A stretch of DNA of 64,000 nucleotides from Mobula hypostoma (GCF_963921235.1 NC_086097.1:105588001-105652000); one strand, 5' to 3'; positions 11,814 through 23,507 are shown, counted from the first letter of the stretch. The notes: generated from the letters alone by a model not told the origin. Program-made: numbers and translations.

Positions 11814-14660
11814 ACGTAAAGGATGGGACAGTGTAAGAACTGGGTCAGTGTAAGGGCTGCATAATTGTAAGGGCTAAGTCAGGGTTCGGACTGGGTCAGT
11901 GTAACAACTAGATCAGCGTAAGGGTTGGGTCAGTGAAAGTGCTGGTTCAGTGTGAGGCCTGGGTCAGTATAAATTCTAGATCAGTGTAAGAGCTTGGTCA
12001 GTGTCAGTAGTATATGACTGTAAGCGCTAGGTTAGTGTAGGTCTGGGTCAGTGTAAGGGACGGGACAGTGTAAGGGCTGGGTCAGTGTAAGGGCTGGTTG
12101 AGTGTAATACCAGGGTCAGTGTAAGTGCTGGACGAGTGTAAGGGCTGGGTCAGTGTCAAGACTGGATGAGTGGAAGGGCTGAGTCAGTATAAGGACATGA
12201 ACGGTGTAAGGGCTGGGTCAGTATAAGGGCTGGATGAGTGTAAGAACTGGGTCAGCGAAAGAACCTGGACAGTGTAAGGGCAGGGTCTGTGTATGGGATG
12301 GGTCAGTATGCGGGCTGGATGAGTGTAAGGGCTTGGTCAGAGTCAGGACCTGTTCAGTGTAAGGGCTGGGTCAACGTATGGGCTAGATCAGTGTAATGGC
12401 TGGGTCAGTGTCAAGACCTGGTAGGTAGAAGGGCTGGATCAGTGTATGGGCTTGGTCAGTGTAACTGCTGGGTCAGCCTTAGGGCTGGATCAGTGTAAGG
12501 ACTGGGTCAGTGTAAGGACTGGGTCAGTGTAAGGGCTGGGTTAGTGTCTAGGCTGCGTCAGTGTAAGGGCAGGGTCAGTGTAAGGGCTGGGTCAGTGTAA
12601 GAGCTGGGTCAGTGTAAGCGATGGGTCAGTGTAAGGGCTGGGTCAGTGTAAGGGCTGGGTCGGTGTCTGGGCTGAGTCAGTGTAAGAGCTGGGTCAGTGT
12701 AAGAGCTGGGTCAGTGTAAGGGCTGGGTCGGTGTCAGGGCTGGGTCAGTGTTAGAGCTGGGTCGGTGTAAGGGCTGGGTCAGTGTAAGAGCTGGGTCGGT
12801 GTAAGCGATGGGTCGGTGTAAGGGCTGGGTCAGTGTAAGGGCTGGGTCAGTGTAAGGGATGGGTCAGTGTAAGGGCTGGGTCAGTGTAAGCGATGGGTCG
12901 GTGTAAGGGCTGGGTCAGTGTAAGGGCTGAGTCAGTGTAAGGGATGGATCAGTGTAAGGGCTGGGTCGGTGTAAGGGCTGAGTCAGTGTAAGGGATGGAT
13001 CAGTGTAAGGGATGGATCAGTGTAAGAACCTGGCCAGCGTAAGAGCTGGATCAGTATAAGGGCTGGATGAGTGTAATAGCTGGGTCTCTGGAAGGACTGG
13101 GTCAGTGTCTGGGCTGGGTCAGTGTAAGGAGTGGTTCAGTGTAAGGGCCAGATGTGTGTAAGTGCTGGGTCAGTGTCAAGACCTGCTCGGTGGAAGGGCT
13201 GGATCAGTGTATGGGCTGGGTCAGTGTAAGAACCTGCCCTATGTAAGGGCTGGAACAGTGTATGGTCTGATTCAGTGTAAGGGTTTGGTCAGTGTAATCG
13301 ATGGGTCAGTGCCAAGACCTGGTCAGTGTTAGGGCTGGATCAGTGTAAGGACTGGGTCAGTTTAAGGGCATGATCAGTGTATGGGCTAGGTCAGTAAAAG
13401 TGCTGTGACATTGTAAGGGATGGGTCAGTGTAAGGGCTGGGAAAGTGTAATGGCTGGATAAGCGGAAGGGCTGGTTCAGTTTCAGGAATGGGTCAGTGTA
13501 AGGGCTAGCTTAGTGTAAGGGATGGGACAGTGTAAGGGCTGTGTCAGAGTAAGGAGCTGAGCAGTGTAAGTGCTGGTTCAGTGTAAGGCCTGGGTCAGTA
13601 TAAAGTCTAGATCAGAGTAAGGGCTTGGGCAGTCTCAGTACTAGATCACTGTAAGGACTGTGTCAGTGTAAGGGCTGGGTCAGTGTAAGGCCTGGGTCAG
13701 TATAAAGTCTAGATCAGAGTAAGGGCTTGGACAGTCTCAATACTAGATCACTGTAAGGGCTGGGTCAGTGTAAGGGCTGGGTCAGTGTAAGTGCTGTTTC
13801 AGTGTAAGGCCTGGGTCAGTACAAATTCTAGATCAGTGTAAGGGCTTGGACAGTGTCAGTACTAGATCACTGTAAGGGCTGGGTCAGTGTATGGTCAGAT
13901 TCAGTCTATGGGCTGGGTTAGTGTAAGTGCTAGGTCCGTGCGTAGGCTGGGTCAGTATAAGAGCTGGGTCAGTGTTACTGCTGAGGCTCTGTAAGGGCTG
14001 GGACTGCGCAAGGGCTGGGTCAGTGTAAAGGCTGAGTTCAGTGTAACAACTGGATCAGTGTAAGGGCTGCATAATTGTAAGGGCTAAGTCAGGGTTCGGA
14101 CTGGGTCAGTGTAACAACTAGATCAGCGTAAGGGTTGGGTCAGTGAAAGTGCTGGTTCAGTGTGAGGTCTGGGTCAGTATAAGGGCTGGATGAGTGTAAT
14201 AGCTGGGTCAGTGGAAGGACTGGGTCAGTGTATGGGCTGGGTCAGTGCAAGGAGTGATTCAGTGTAAGGGCTGAATGAGTGTAAGAACTAGGTCAGCGAA
14301 GGGCAGGGTCTGTGTAAGGGATGGGTCACTGTGCGGGCTGGATGAGTGTAAGGGCTTGGTCAGAGTCAGGACCTGTTCAGTGTAAGGGCTGGAACAGTGT
14401 CAAGGGCTGGGTCAGTGTATGGGCTTGGTCAGTGTATGGGCTGGGTCAGTGTATGGGCTTGGTCAGTGTAAAGCCTGGGTCAGTGTAAGGAGCTGCCCTA
14501 TGTAAGGGCTGGGTCAGTGTAAGGGCTGGGTCAGTGTAATCGATGGGTCAGTGTCAAGACCTGGTCGGTGTAAGGGCTGGATCAGTGTATGGGCTTGGTC
14601 AGTGTAACTGCTGGGTCAGTGTTAGGGATGGATCAGTGTAAGGACTGGGTCTCCTTTGTT

Positions 14661-16131
14661 AACCAGTCCCTCTGACCTTCCCCTCTCTGAGACAGAACAT
14701 CCTGTCCTCAGTAAGGGTCTCTCCTTTGTCCTCCTGCGCCCACACCTCAGTGAGTCCCACACCCAGCCGCCTCTGTCTCTGAGCCTAATTCTTTGGCAAG
14801 GACTCCCCACCCGACACCAATGACCCTTTCTCCCTTCTTCAACCCTCCCCCTCTTCCTGGACACCCCACCCTGGTCTTCTGCCTGATCTGGACCTTTTCA
14901 TTGGCAACTGCCAATGGGACATTAACCATCTAGACTTTAACACTCCTCTCTCTTATTCCAACCTCACTCCTTGCAAATGCTCAGCTCCCCATTCCCTCCT
15001 TACCAATCCTAACCTCATTATCAAACCCGCAGATAAGGGGGGGGGGGTGCTGTCGTAGTCTGGCGTACTGACCTCTACCTTGCTGAGGCCCAGCAACAAC
15101 TATCAGACACCTCCTCATGCTTACCCCACGAATAGGACTCCACTAAGGAACACCAGGCCATCGTCTCCCACACCGTCACCAACCTTATTGACTCTGGAGG
15201 TCTCCCATTCACTGCCACCAATCTCAAAGTTCCCGCACCCCGCACCACCTGTTTTTATGGATCTTTTCAACCATTTTGGGTCCCCCAGCCCATGGATGTT
15301 CAATCCCTATACACCTCCATCCCCCACCAGGAAGGCCTCAATGCTCTTCATTTCTTTCTGGACACCAGACCTAACCTGTTCCCCTCCACCACCACTCTCC
15401 TCCATCTAGTGGAACTTGTCCTCACTCTCAATAATTTCTCCTTTGGTTCCTCCCACTTCCTTCGAACAAAAGGGGTCGCTCCTTTGGTCAGCTAAGTGGA
15501 ACGGTCTATGTTCTAAGCCTACACTGGTGTTGCTCCCCAACTCTTCCTATGCTACACTGACGACTGCATTGGTGCTGCTTCCTGCACCCACGCAGAACTC
15601 GTCGACTTCATCCACTTTGCCTCCAACATCCACTCTGCCCTCAAATTTACCTGGTCAATTTCTGACACCTCCCTTCGCTTTCTCGATCTCTCTGTCTCTA
15701 TCTGTGGAGACAACTTATTTCATCTGGGTAGCCTCCAACCTGATGGCATGAACATCAATCGCTTGAACTTCTGGTAATGCCCCCCTTCACCATTCCCCAT
15801 TCCCCTTTCTCACCTTATCACCTCCCTCTGGTGCTTCTCCCCTTTTCTTTCTTCCATGGCCTTCTGTCCTTTCCTATCAGACTCCCCCTTTTCCAGCCCT
15901 TTATCTCTTTCACCAATCAACTTCCCAGCTCTTTACTTCATTCCTCCTCCCCCTTCACCTATCTCCTACTACCTTGTATTTCTTTCTCCCCTCCTCCCAC
16001 CTTCTTACTTTGACTTCTCATCTTTTTTCCAGCCCTGATGAAGGGTCCCGGCCCAAATATTGACTTTACTCTTTTCCAGAGATGCTGCATGGCCTGCTGA
16101 GTTTCTCCAGCATTTTGTGTGTGTGTTGCTT
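14661..16131 (+). mobile_element. Decayed Penelope-like retroelement (RT fragments plus terminal pseudo-LTR)
   Basis: Translated pieces LSKGLSF, IIKPADKGG, MDVQSLYTSIP, LVELVLTLNNFSF, YTDD and FLDL are typical PLE RT motifs. It ends in the shared terminal sequence with a degenerate CTGATGA core near 16035. Confidence 0.88.
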
Positions 16132-16717
16132 CAATACTTTCCTTATAACTGCTCACAGTCCTTCCTGCCCTAGCTCACTGTTGACAGAGTCCTCTATCAC
16201 AGCATTCGTCTGGTTTCTGGAGTGGTTCTAGGGCATGTTGATATCTAGAAAGAAAGTGTTGGGTTTCTTGAAGAACACTAAGTTGGATAAATCTCCAGGG
16301 GCTGATGATCCCGGGGTGATATTACAGTTTATCGTGAGAGGCAAAGGAAGAGATTGCTGGGCAGAAATCTTTGTATCCTCCTGAGCTGTAGGTAGTGCCT
16401 CCTGTAGATGCTGTCTATGTTGGAGATGAGAGAATGTTCCTCTTTTTAAGGAAGGCAACAGAGACAACTACGCTGGTGAGCTGTAAATTAGTGATAGGGT
16501 TGTTGCTCTGCTGCTGCTTGTGTGTGAGACGGGGAGAAGGGGACTCTGGGGTTCTTATGTTTCCACTGTTACTCATTCTATGGTGCACTCTTCTGTTTTG
16601 TGGATGTCAGCGGAGAGTAAGAATTTTGGGTTGTATATTGTTTACATTCTCTGACATTAAATGGAACTATTGAACTATTGAAAATTAATGAGGAAGATGT
16701 TTAAGGATTAAAGTTAC

Positions 16718-17200
16718 TCATAGAGTACTACAGGACAGTAACAGGCCCTTTGGCCCATCTAGTCCATGCAGAACTATAACTCTACCTGGTCTCATTGCAG
16801 TTGGACCCTAGCTTTCCTTACCCCTCCCATACATGTATTTACCCAAACTTCTCATAAATGTTGAAATTGAACCTACACCCACTGGCAGCTCATTTCATGT
16901 TCTCACCACCCCCGAGTGAAGAACCTTCCCCTCATGTGCCTCTTAAACATTTCACCTTTCACCGTTAACCCATGAGCTCCCAGTACTAGCCTCATGCAAT
17001 GACGGTGGGAAAAAGCCTGCTTGCATTTACCCTATCTATACGCTTCATGATTTTGAATACCTCTATCAAATCCCACCTCATCCTCCTATGTTCCAGGGAA
17101 TAAAATACGAACCTGATCAACCCTTCCCCATAACCCAGGTCCTCAAGCCCCAGCAACATCTTCTAAAATTTTCTCTGTACTCGTTCAATCTTATTGACAG
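16718..17200 (-). mobile_element. Old CR1 3' fragment
   Basis: Resembles the CR1 3' ends elsewhere in the window (e.g. 21065-21388). Boundaries are approximate. Confidence 0.7.
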
Positions 17201-17304
17201 GCAGTTGATCAGATCTAGAAAAGCATAAACCTTTCAGGGATAATTAGGCTTTATGTGGGAAGGTCATACAGCACATTACAAGCAATTTAGTTTTTTGAGA
17301 CCAT

Positions 17305-19317
17305 GTGAACTTTAGTAAAGCATTCAACATGATCCTTCATGTTTGGCAAAAGAATAAATCAAGGAAGGTAGTGCACCCGTGGCTGACAAGAGAAATTAGG
17401 GATAGTATCAATTCCAAAGAAGTAGCATACAAATTAGCCAGAGAAAGTGGCTCACCTGAGGACTGGGAGAAATTCAGAGTTCAGCAGAGGAGGACAAAGG
17501 GCTTAATTAGGAAGGGGAAAAAAGATTATGAGAGAAAACTGGCAGAGAACATAAAAACGGACTGTAAAAGCTTTTATAGATATGTAAAAAGGAAAAGACT
17601 GATAAAGACAAATGTAGGTCCCCTGCAAACAGAAACAGGTGAATTGATTATGGGGAGCAAGGACATGGCAGACCAATTGAATAATTACTTTGGTTCTGTC
17701 TTCACTAAGGAGGACATAAATAATCTTCCAGAAATAGTAAGGGACAGAGGGTCCAGTGAGATGGAGGAACTGAGCGAAATACATGTTAGTAGGGAAGTGG
17801 TGTTAGGTAAATTGAAGGGATTGAAGGCAGATAAATCCCCAGGGCCAGATGGTCTGCATCCCAGAGTGCTTAAGGAAGTGGCCCAAGAAATAGTGGATGC
17901 ATTAGTGATAATTTTTCAAAACTCGTTAGATTCTGGACTAGTTCCTGAGGATTGGAGGGTGGCTAATGTAACCCCACTTTTTAAAAAAGGAGGGAGAGAG
18001 AAACCGGGGAATTATAGGCCGGTTAGCCTAACGTCGGTGGTGGGGAAACTGCTGGAGTCAGTTATCAAGGATGTGATAACAGCACATTTGGAAAGCGGTG
18101 AAATGATCGGACAAAGTCAGCATGGATTTGTGAAAGGAAAATCATGTCTGACGAATCTCATAGAATTTTTTGAGGATGTAACTAGTAGAGTGGATAGGGG
18201 AGAACCAGTGGATGTGGTATATTTGGATTTTCAAAAGGCTTTTGACAAGGTCCCACATAGGAGATTAGTGTGCAAACTTAAAGCACACGGTATTGGGGGT
18301 AAGGTATTGGTGTGGGTGGAGAATTGGTTAGCAGACAGGAAGCAAAGAGTGGGAATAAACGGGACCTTTTCAGAATGGCAGGCGGTGACTAGTGGGGTAC
18401 CGCAAGGCTCAGTGCTGGGACCCCAGTTGTTTACAATATATATTAATGACTTGGATGAGGGAATTAAATGCAGCATCTCCAAGTTTGCGGATGACACGAA
18501 GCTGGGTGGCAGTGTTAGCAGTGAGGAGGATGCTAAGAGGATGCAGGGTGACTTGGATAGGTTGGGTGAGTGGGCAAACTCATGGCAGATGCAATTTAAT
18601 GTGGATAAATGTGAAGTTATCCACTTTGGTGGCAAAAATAGGAAAACAGATTATTATCTGAATGGTGGCCGATTAGGAAAAGGGGAGGTGCAACGAGACC
18701 TGGGTGTCATTATACACCAGTCATTGAAAGTGGGCATGCAGGTACAGCAGGCGGTGAAAAAGGCGAACGGTATGCTGGCATTTATAGCGAGAGGATTCGA
18801 GTACAGGAGCAGGGAGGTACTACTGCAGTTGTACAAGGCCTTGGTGAGACCACACCTGGAGTATTGTGTGCAGTTTTGGTCCCCTAATCTGAGGAAAGAC
18901 ATCTTTGCCATAGAGGGAGTACAAAGAAGGTTCACCAGATTGATTCCTGGGATGGCAGGTCTTTCATATGAAGAAAGACTGGATGAACTGGGCTTGTACT
19001 CGTTGGAATTTAGAAGATTGAGGGGGGATCTGATTGAAACGTATAAGATCCTAAAGGGATTGGACAGGCTAGATGCAGGAAGATTGTTCCCGATGTTGGG
19101 GAGGTCTAGAACGAGGGGTCACAGTTTGAGGATAGAGGGGAAGCCTTTTAGGACCGAGGTTAGGAAAAACTTCTTCACACAGAGAGTGGTGAATCTGTGG
19201 AATTCTCTGCCACAGCAAACTGTTGAGGCCAGTTCATTAGCTATGTTTAAAAGGAAGTTAGATATGGCCCTTGTGGCTACAGGGGTCAGGGGGTATGGAG
19301 GGAAGGCTGGGTTCTGA
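17305..19317 (+). CDS. CR1 ORF2 reverse transcriptase, open frame but lacking the APE endonuclease and native start (first ~12 codons come from the flank)
   Basis: 670-aa ORF with the complete non-LTR RT motif set (KSPGPDG, YRPVSLTS, QHGF, DFQKAFD, PQGSVLGP, FADD). Confidence 0.85.
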   Translation: MNFSKAFNMILHVWQKNKSRKVVHPWLTREIRDSINSKEVAYKLARESGSPEDWEKFRVQQRRTKGLIRKGKKDYERKLAENIKTDCKSFYRYVKRKRLIKTNVGPLQTETGELIMGSKDMADQLNNYFGSVFTKEDINNLPEIVRDRGSSEMEELSEIHVSREVVLGKLKGLKADKSPGPDGLHPRVLKEVAQEIVDALVIIFQNSLDSGLVPEDWRVANVTPLFKKGGREKPGNYRPVSLTSVVGKLLESVIKDVITAHLESGEMIGQSQHGFVKGKSCLTNLIEFFEDVTSRVDRGEPVDVVYLDFQKAFDKVPHRRLVCKLKAHGIGGKVLVWVENWLADRKQRVGINGTFSEWQAVTSGVPQGSVLGPQLFTIYINDLDEGIKCSISKFADDTKLGGSVSSEEDAKRMQGDLDRLGEWANSWQMQFNVDKCEVIHFGGKNRKTDYYLNGGRLGKGEVQRDLGVIIHQSLKVGMQVQQAVKKANGMLAFIARGFEYRSREVLLQLYKALVRPHLEYCVQFWSPNLRKDIFAIEGVQRRFTRLIPGMAGLSYEERLDELGLYSLEFRRLRGDLIETYKILKGLDRLDAGRLFPMLGRSRTRGHSLRIEGKPFRTEVRKNFFTQRVVNLWNSLPQQTVEASSLAMFKRKLDMALVATGVRGYGGKAGF

Positions 19318-19417
19318 GTTGGATGATCAGCCATGATCATAATAAATGGCGGTGCAGGCTCGAAGGGCCGAATGGCCTACTCCTGCACCTATTTTCTATG
19401 TTTCTATGTTTCTATGT
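17342..19417 (+). mobile_element. Young 5'-truncated CR1 LINE inserted into an older CR1 remnant; TSD TTCATG
   Basis: Ends in the (TTCTATGT)n tail at about 19393-19417. TTCATG occurs at 17336-17341 and 19418-19423, and the flanks rejoin into an old RT 'FSKAF..LH.R' segment. Confidence 0.95.
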
Positions 19418-19539
19418 TTCATGATAGACGTCCAGATGATGAATCTCTGGGATCCTCGGTGACCTGGAAATACAATCAGATGGAGTTTAAACTGGTAAGC
19501 ATGAGGTGTCAAACGCAAAAGCAAACTACACAGGGTCCT

Positions 19540-20630
19540 TCAGAGTTCAAAGTTCGAAGTATGTTTGTTTTTCGAAGTATGTCTACGTCACCATATACAA
19601 CCCTGAGACTCGTTTCCTTGTGGCCATACTCAATAAATCCATCATGGAATCAACAAAAGACCACACTGATGGTGAGGATCTCTGATAATGGATGCTGCTT
19701 TCCTGTGACAACTTTCCACGTCGATGTGTGCAAAAGACAACAATGTGCATATATACAAAAGAAAGAAATAATAATAATAAATAAATAAGCAATAAGTCAA
19801 AGTTCAGAAGGTCCAAGTAAATTTTATTATCAAAGTGCTTATGTGTCACATATATAACCCTAAGATTCATTTTCCTGCGGGCATACTCAGCAAATCTATA
19901 GAATAGTAACTGTAACAGGATCAATGAAAGATCAACTAGAGTGTAGTAGACAACAAGCTGTGTAAATACAAATATAAATAGCAATAAATAATGAGAACCT
20001 GAGATAAAGAGTCCTTAAACAGAGATCATTGATTGTGGGAACATCTCAGTGGATGAGCAGGTTTTGTTCAAGAGCCTGATGGTTGAGGGGTAGTAACTGT
20101 TCTTGAACCTGGTGGTGTGAGTCCTTAGGCACTTGTACCTTCTGCCTTTTGGCAGCAGCGAGAAGAGAGCATGGCCAGGGTGGTGGGGGTCTTTGATGAT
20201 GATGGATGCTGCTTTCCTACGACAGCATTTCATATAGATATGCTCAATGGTTGGGAAGGTTTTACCCGTGATGTACTGGACTGTATTCACTGCCTTTTGT
20301 AGGATTTTCCATTCAAAGGCATTGGTGTTTCCATATCAGGCCGTAATGCAGCCAGTCAATACACTTTCCACTACACATCTATAGAAGTTTGTCAAGGTTT
20401 TAGATGTCAAGAACATGAGATGAACAGTCCTTGAAAGTGAATCCATAGATTGGTTCAAGAGCCTGATGGTTGAGAGTAAGAACTGTTCCTGAACCAGGTG
20501 GTGTGTGCCCTGAGATTCTTGTACCTTCTTCATGATGGTTGCAGTGAAAGAGAACATGACTTGGATGGTGAGGATCTCTGATAATGGATGCTGCTTTCCT
20601 GTGACAACTTTCCACGTCGATGTGTTCAGT
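19540..20630 (-). mobile_element. Cluster of Rex1/Babar-like LINE 3' fragments
   Basis: ORF 20015..20290 reads KDPHHPGHALFSLLP..RTHTTRFKNSYYPSTIRLLN, and (CTTTGAA)-like tails are present on the minus strand. Confidence 0.75.
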
Positions 20631-21388
20631 GTGGTGGGGACAATGAAGTACAGAGAGATCTCGAGGTGCAGGTGCATAGCTCCCTAAAAGTGATAATGCA
20701 ATTCTGAGTTATGGATAGTGTGGGACTTCTGAGACTTATTCCGAAGATGGAAATGTCAAGTACCGGAGAGCATAGGTTTATGTTGAGGGGGTAAAGCTTA
20801 TTGGAAATGAGCACGGCAATTTTTTTTTCACACAGAGAATGGTAGGTGCCTGGATCATGCTGCCTGGGGAGGTGGAGGAAGCAGATACAAAAACCATTTA
20901 GAGAGGCACATGAAAAAGCAGGGAGTGGAGGGATATAAACTCGATACAGCAGATAGGATTAGTTTATGGGCAGCATAGGCATGATGGGCCAAAGGACATG
21001 TTCCTGTTCTGTATCCAGCACTCCAATGGCTCTCCTTATCAAGTCCAATTTATCATCATGTCACAGAGATATAGAATACAGCACAGAAACAGGTCCTTCA
21101 GCCCACCTAGTCAATACCAAACTATTTAAACTGCCTTGCCCATCGACCATAGCCCTCCATACCTCTCCCATTTATGTACCTATCCAAACTTCTCTTAATG
21201 TTGAAATCAAAATTAAATCCACCACTTGTAATGGCAGTTCATTCCACAATCTTGCAACTCTCTGAGTGAAGAAGATTCCCCTCATGTTCCCCTTAAACAT
21301 TTCATCTTTCACCTTTAACCTATGACCTCTACTTGTAGTCTCAACCAATCTCAGTGGAAAAAGCCAACTTGCATTTATCCTATCTATA

Positions 21389-22855
21389 TGTCATAGGGCG
21401 GTGGCTGGGAACGGACCCAAGTGCAAGACACAGACACTGAAGTACTAGGGACAGGACTAGGATACAGGGTGAGAGCAAGGACATGGACACGAAAACTGGG
21501 AACCCGGTACAGGACTGGACAAGAGAGCTAGGAGCCCGGGCTTGGACTCCGAGCCAGAGACTGGACAAGGACCAAGTACCTGGGTCGTGCCTCTGGCTTG
21601 GACCCCAAAACTAGGCAAGGACGAGGCTTGAGTCTTCGGGCTTGAGGCGAGGCAGGAGGCTGGAGTCTTCGGGCTTGAGGCGAGGCAGGAGGCTGGAGTC
21701 TTCGGGCTTGAGGCGAGGCAGGAGGCTGGAGTCTTCGGGCTTGAGGCGAGGCAGGAGGCGGGAGTCTTCCGGCTTGAGGCGAGGCAGGAGGCGGGAGTCT
21801 TCCGGCTTGAGGCGAGGCAGGAGGCGGGAGTCTTCGGGCTTGAGGCGAGGCAGGAGGCTGGAGTCTTCGGGCTTGAGGCGAGGCAGGAGGCTGGAGTCTT
21901 CGGGCTTGAGGCGAGGCAGGAGGCTGGAGTCTTCGGGCTTGAGGCGAGGCAGGAGGCTGGAGTCTTCGGGCTTGAGGCGAGGCAGGAGGCGGGAGTCTTC
22001 GGGCTTGAGGCTAGGCAGGAGGCGGGAGTCTTCGGGCTTGAGGCTAGGCAGGAGGCGGGAGTCTTCGGGCTTGAGGCTAGGCAGGAGGCTGGAGTCTTCG
22101 GGCTTGAGGCTAGGCAGGAGGCTGGAGTCTTCGGGCTTGAGGCTAGGCAGGAGGCTGGAGTCTTCAGGCTAGAGACTTGAGGCGAGGCTTGGCAGGAGGC
22201 TGGAGTCTTCGGGCTTGAGGCTAGGCAGGAGGCTGGAGTCTTCGGGCTTGAGGCTAGGCAGGAGGCTGGAGTCTTCGGGCTAGAGACTTGAGGCGAGGCT
22301 TGGCAGGAGGCTGGAGGCTTGAGACGAGGCGAGGCTTGGCAGGAGGCTGGAGGCTTGAGACTTGAGGCGAGGCTTGGCAGGAGGCTGGAGGCAGGAGACT
22401 TGAAGCTCCTCCTGGGCAGGGCGCAGATCTCCACCCAATGGAGGCAAGGGACAGGAAGGGAGCTAGGTACGGGGTGACTCCAGGACAAGACAGCAAGACA
22501 AGGCAATGCAAGGCAAGACAGAACTTCAGGCAAGGCGAGAGTTACCGGCAAGACAAGGCAGGGCTTCAGGCATTGCAAGGCAAAACGAGAACTTCAGGCG
22601 AGGTGAGAGTTACCGGCAAGGCTTCAGGCGAGGAAACAGAAGGCAGGGGAAGGGATACAAGGAGTAAGGACAAGAACAATCTAGCAGCCACACCCTGGTC
22701 TCTGAAGGTATTTATGCAGCCAGCCCCAACGAGCATCAGCTGGCTCGATTAGAGCTCAACAAGAACAGAAACAGGGTAGACAGGAAAACCTGGAGCAAGG
22801 ATCGATGGACCGGACCGTGAACCGGAATATGGACTTCACGGACCGGACCATGACA
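21389..22855 (-). mobile_element. Solo LTR (1467 bp) carrying an internal minisatellite
   Basis: Termini TGTCAT...ATGACA, 5-bp TSD CTATA (21384-21388 and 22856-22860), TATA-like CATAAATA on the minus strand near 22710. Confidence 0.88.
21630..22400. repeat. 33-bp minisatellite GAGTCTTCGGGCTTGAGGC(G/T)AGGCAGGAGGC(T/G)G
   Basis: Sixteen equal-length units start at 21630, 21663 ... 22125, followed by mixed 33-bp and longer variants. Confidence 0.95.
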
Positions 22856-23507
22856 CTATACCCCACATAATTTTGTATATCTCTATCAGATCGCTCCTCA
22901 ATTTTGTACACTCTAGGAAATAAAGTTCTAATTTATCCACTCTTTCATTGTAAATCAGGTCCTCTAGTCTCAGCAACATCCTTGTACTCTTTCAACCTTG
23001 TTTACATCTGTCCTGTAGGTAGGTGACCAAAACTGCACATAATACCCCAAATTAGGCCCCACCACTGTCTGATACAATTTCAACATAACATCCCAACTCC
23101 TGTACACAATACTTTGATCTAGGAAGGCTAATGTGCCAAAAGCTTTCTTTATGACTCTATCTACCTGTGATGCGGATTTTGCTGGATTATGGACCTGTAT
23201 TCCTAGATCCCTTTGTTCTACTACACTCTTCAGTGGCCTACCACTCACTGTGTAAGATCTACCCTGTTTGATCCTTCCAAAGTGCAACACCTCACACTTG
23301 TCTGCTTTAAATTTATCTGCCATTTTTCAGCCCATTTTTCCAGCTGGTTCAGATCCCACTGCAAGTTTTGATAGTCTTCCTCTCTGTCCACTACACATCC
23401 AGTCTTGGTGTCATCTGCAAATTTGCTGATCCAGTTAACCACATTATCATCCAGATCATTGATACAGATGTCAAAGAACAGTGCACCCAGCACCACTCCC
23501 GACAAAT

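Larger units (their letters stand above)
1..14650. repeat. 17-bp satellite array (consensus GGGCTGGGTCAGTGTAA), diverged monomers, interrupted by three insertions; runs off the left edge of the window
   Basis: CAGTGTAAGGG recurs every 17 bp throughout, with purest runs at 12500-13020. An exact 85-bp (5x17) duplication is visible near 18-187. Confidence 0.97.
21065..23490 (-). mobile_element. Old CR1 fragment split by the solo LTR at 21389-22855
   Basis: ORFs 22970..23323 and 23245..23598 contain KFADD, KCEVLHFG and YYVQFWSP. The 3' end lies left of the LTR. Confidence 0.8.

Noticed and set aside
1..14650. CRISPR-like periodicity
   Set aside because: Monomers are contiguous with no unique spacers and no cas genes, and the context is eukaryotic.
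16028..16066. Hammerhead-like motifs near 16030, 38002 and 58960 as active ribozymes
   Set aside because: Core nucleotides (CTGANGA or GAAA) are mutated, so these are relics.
21457..22578. 373-aa and 176-aa repetitive ORFs as host proteins
   Set aside because: Produced by the 33-bp VNTR inside a TSD-flanked LTR, with no domain or splice evidence.
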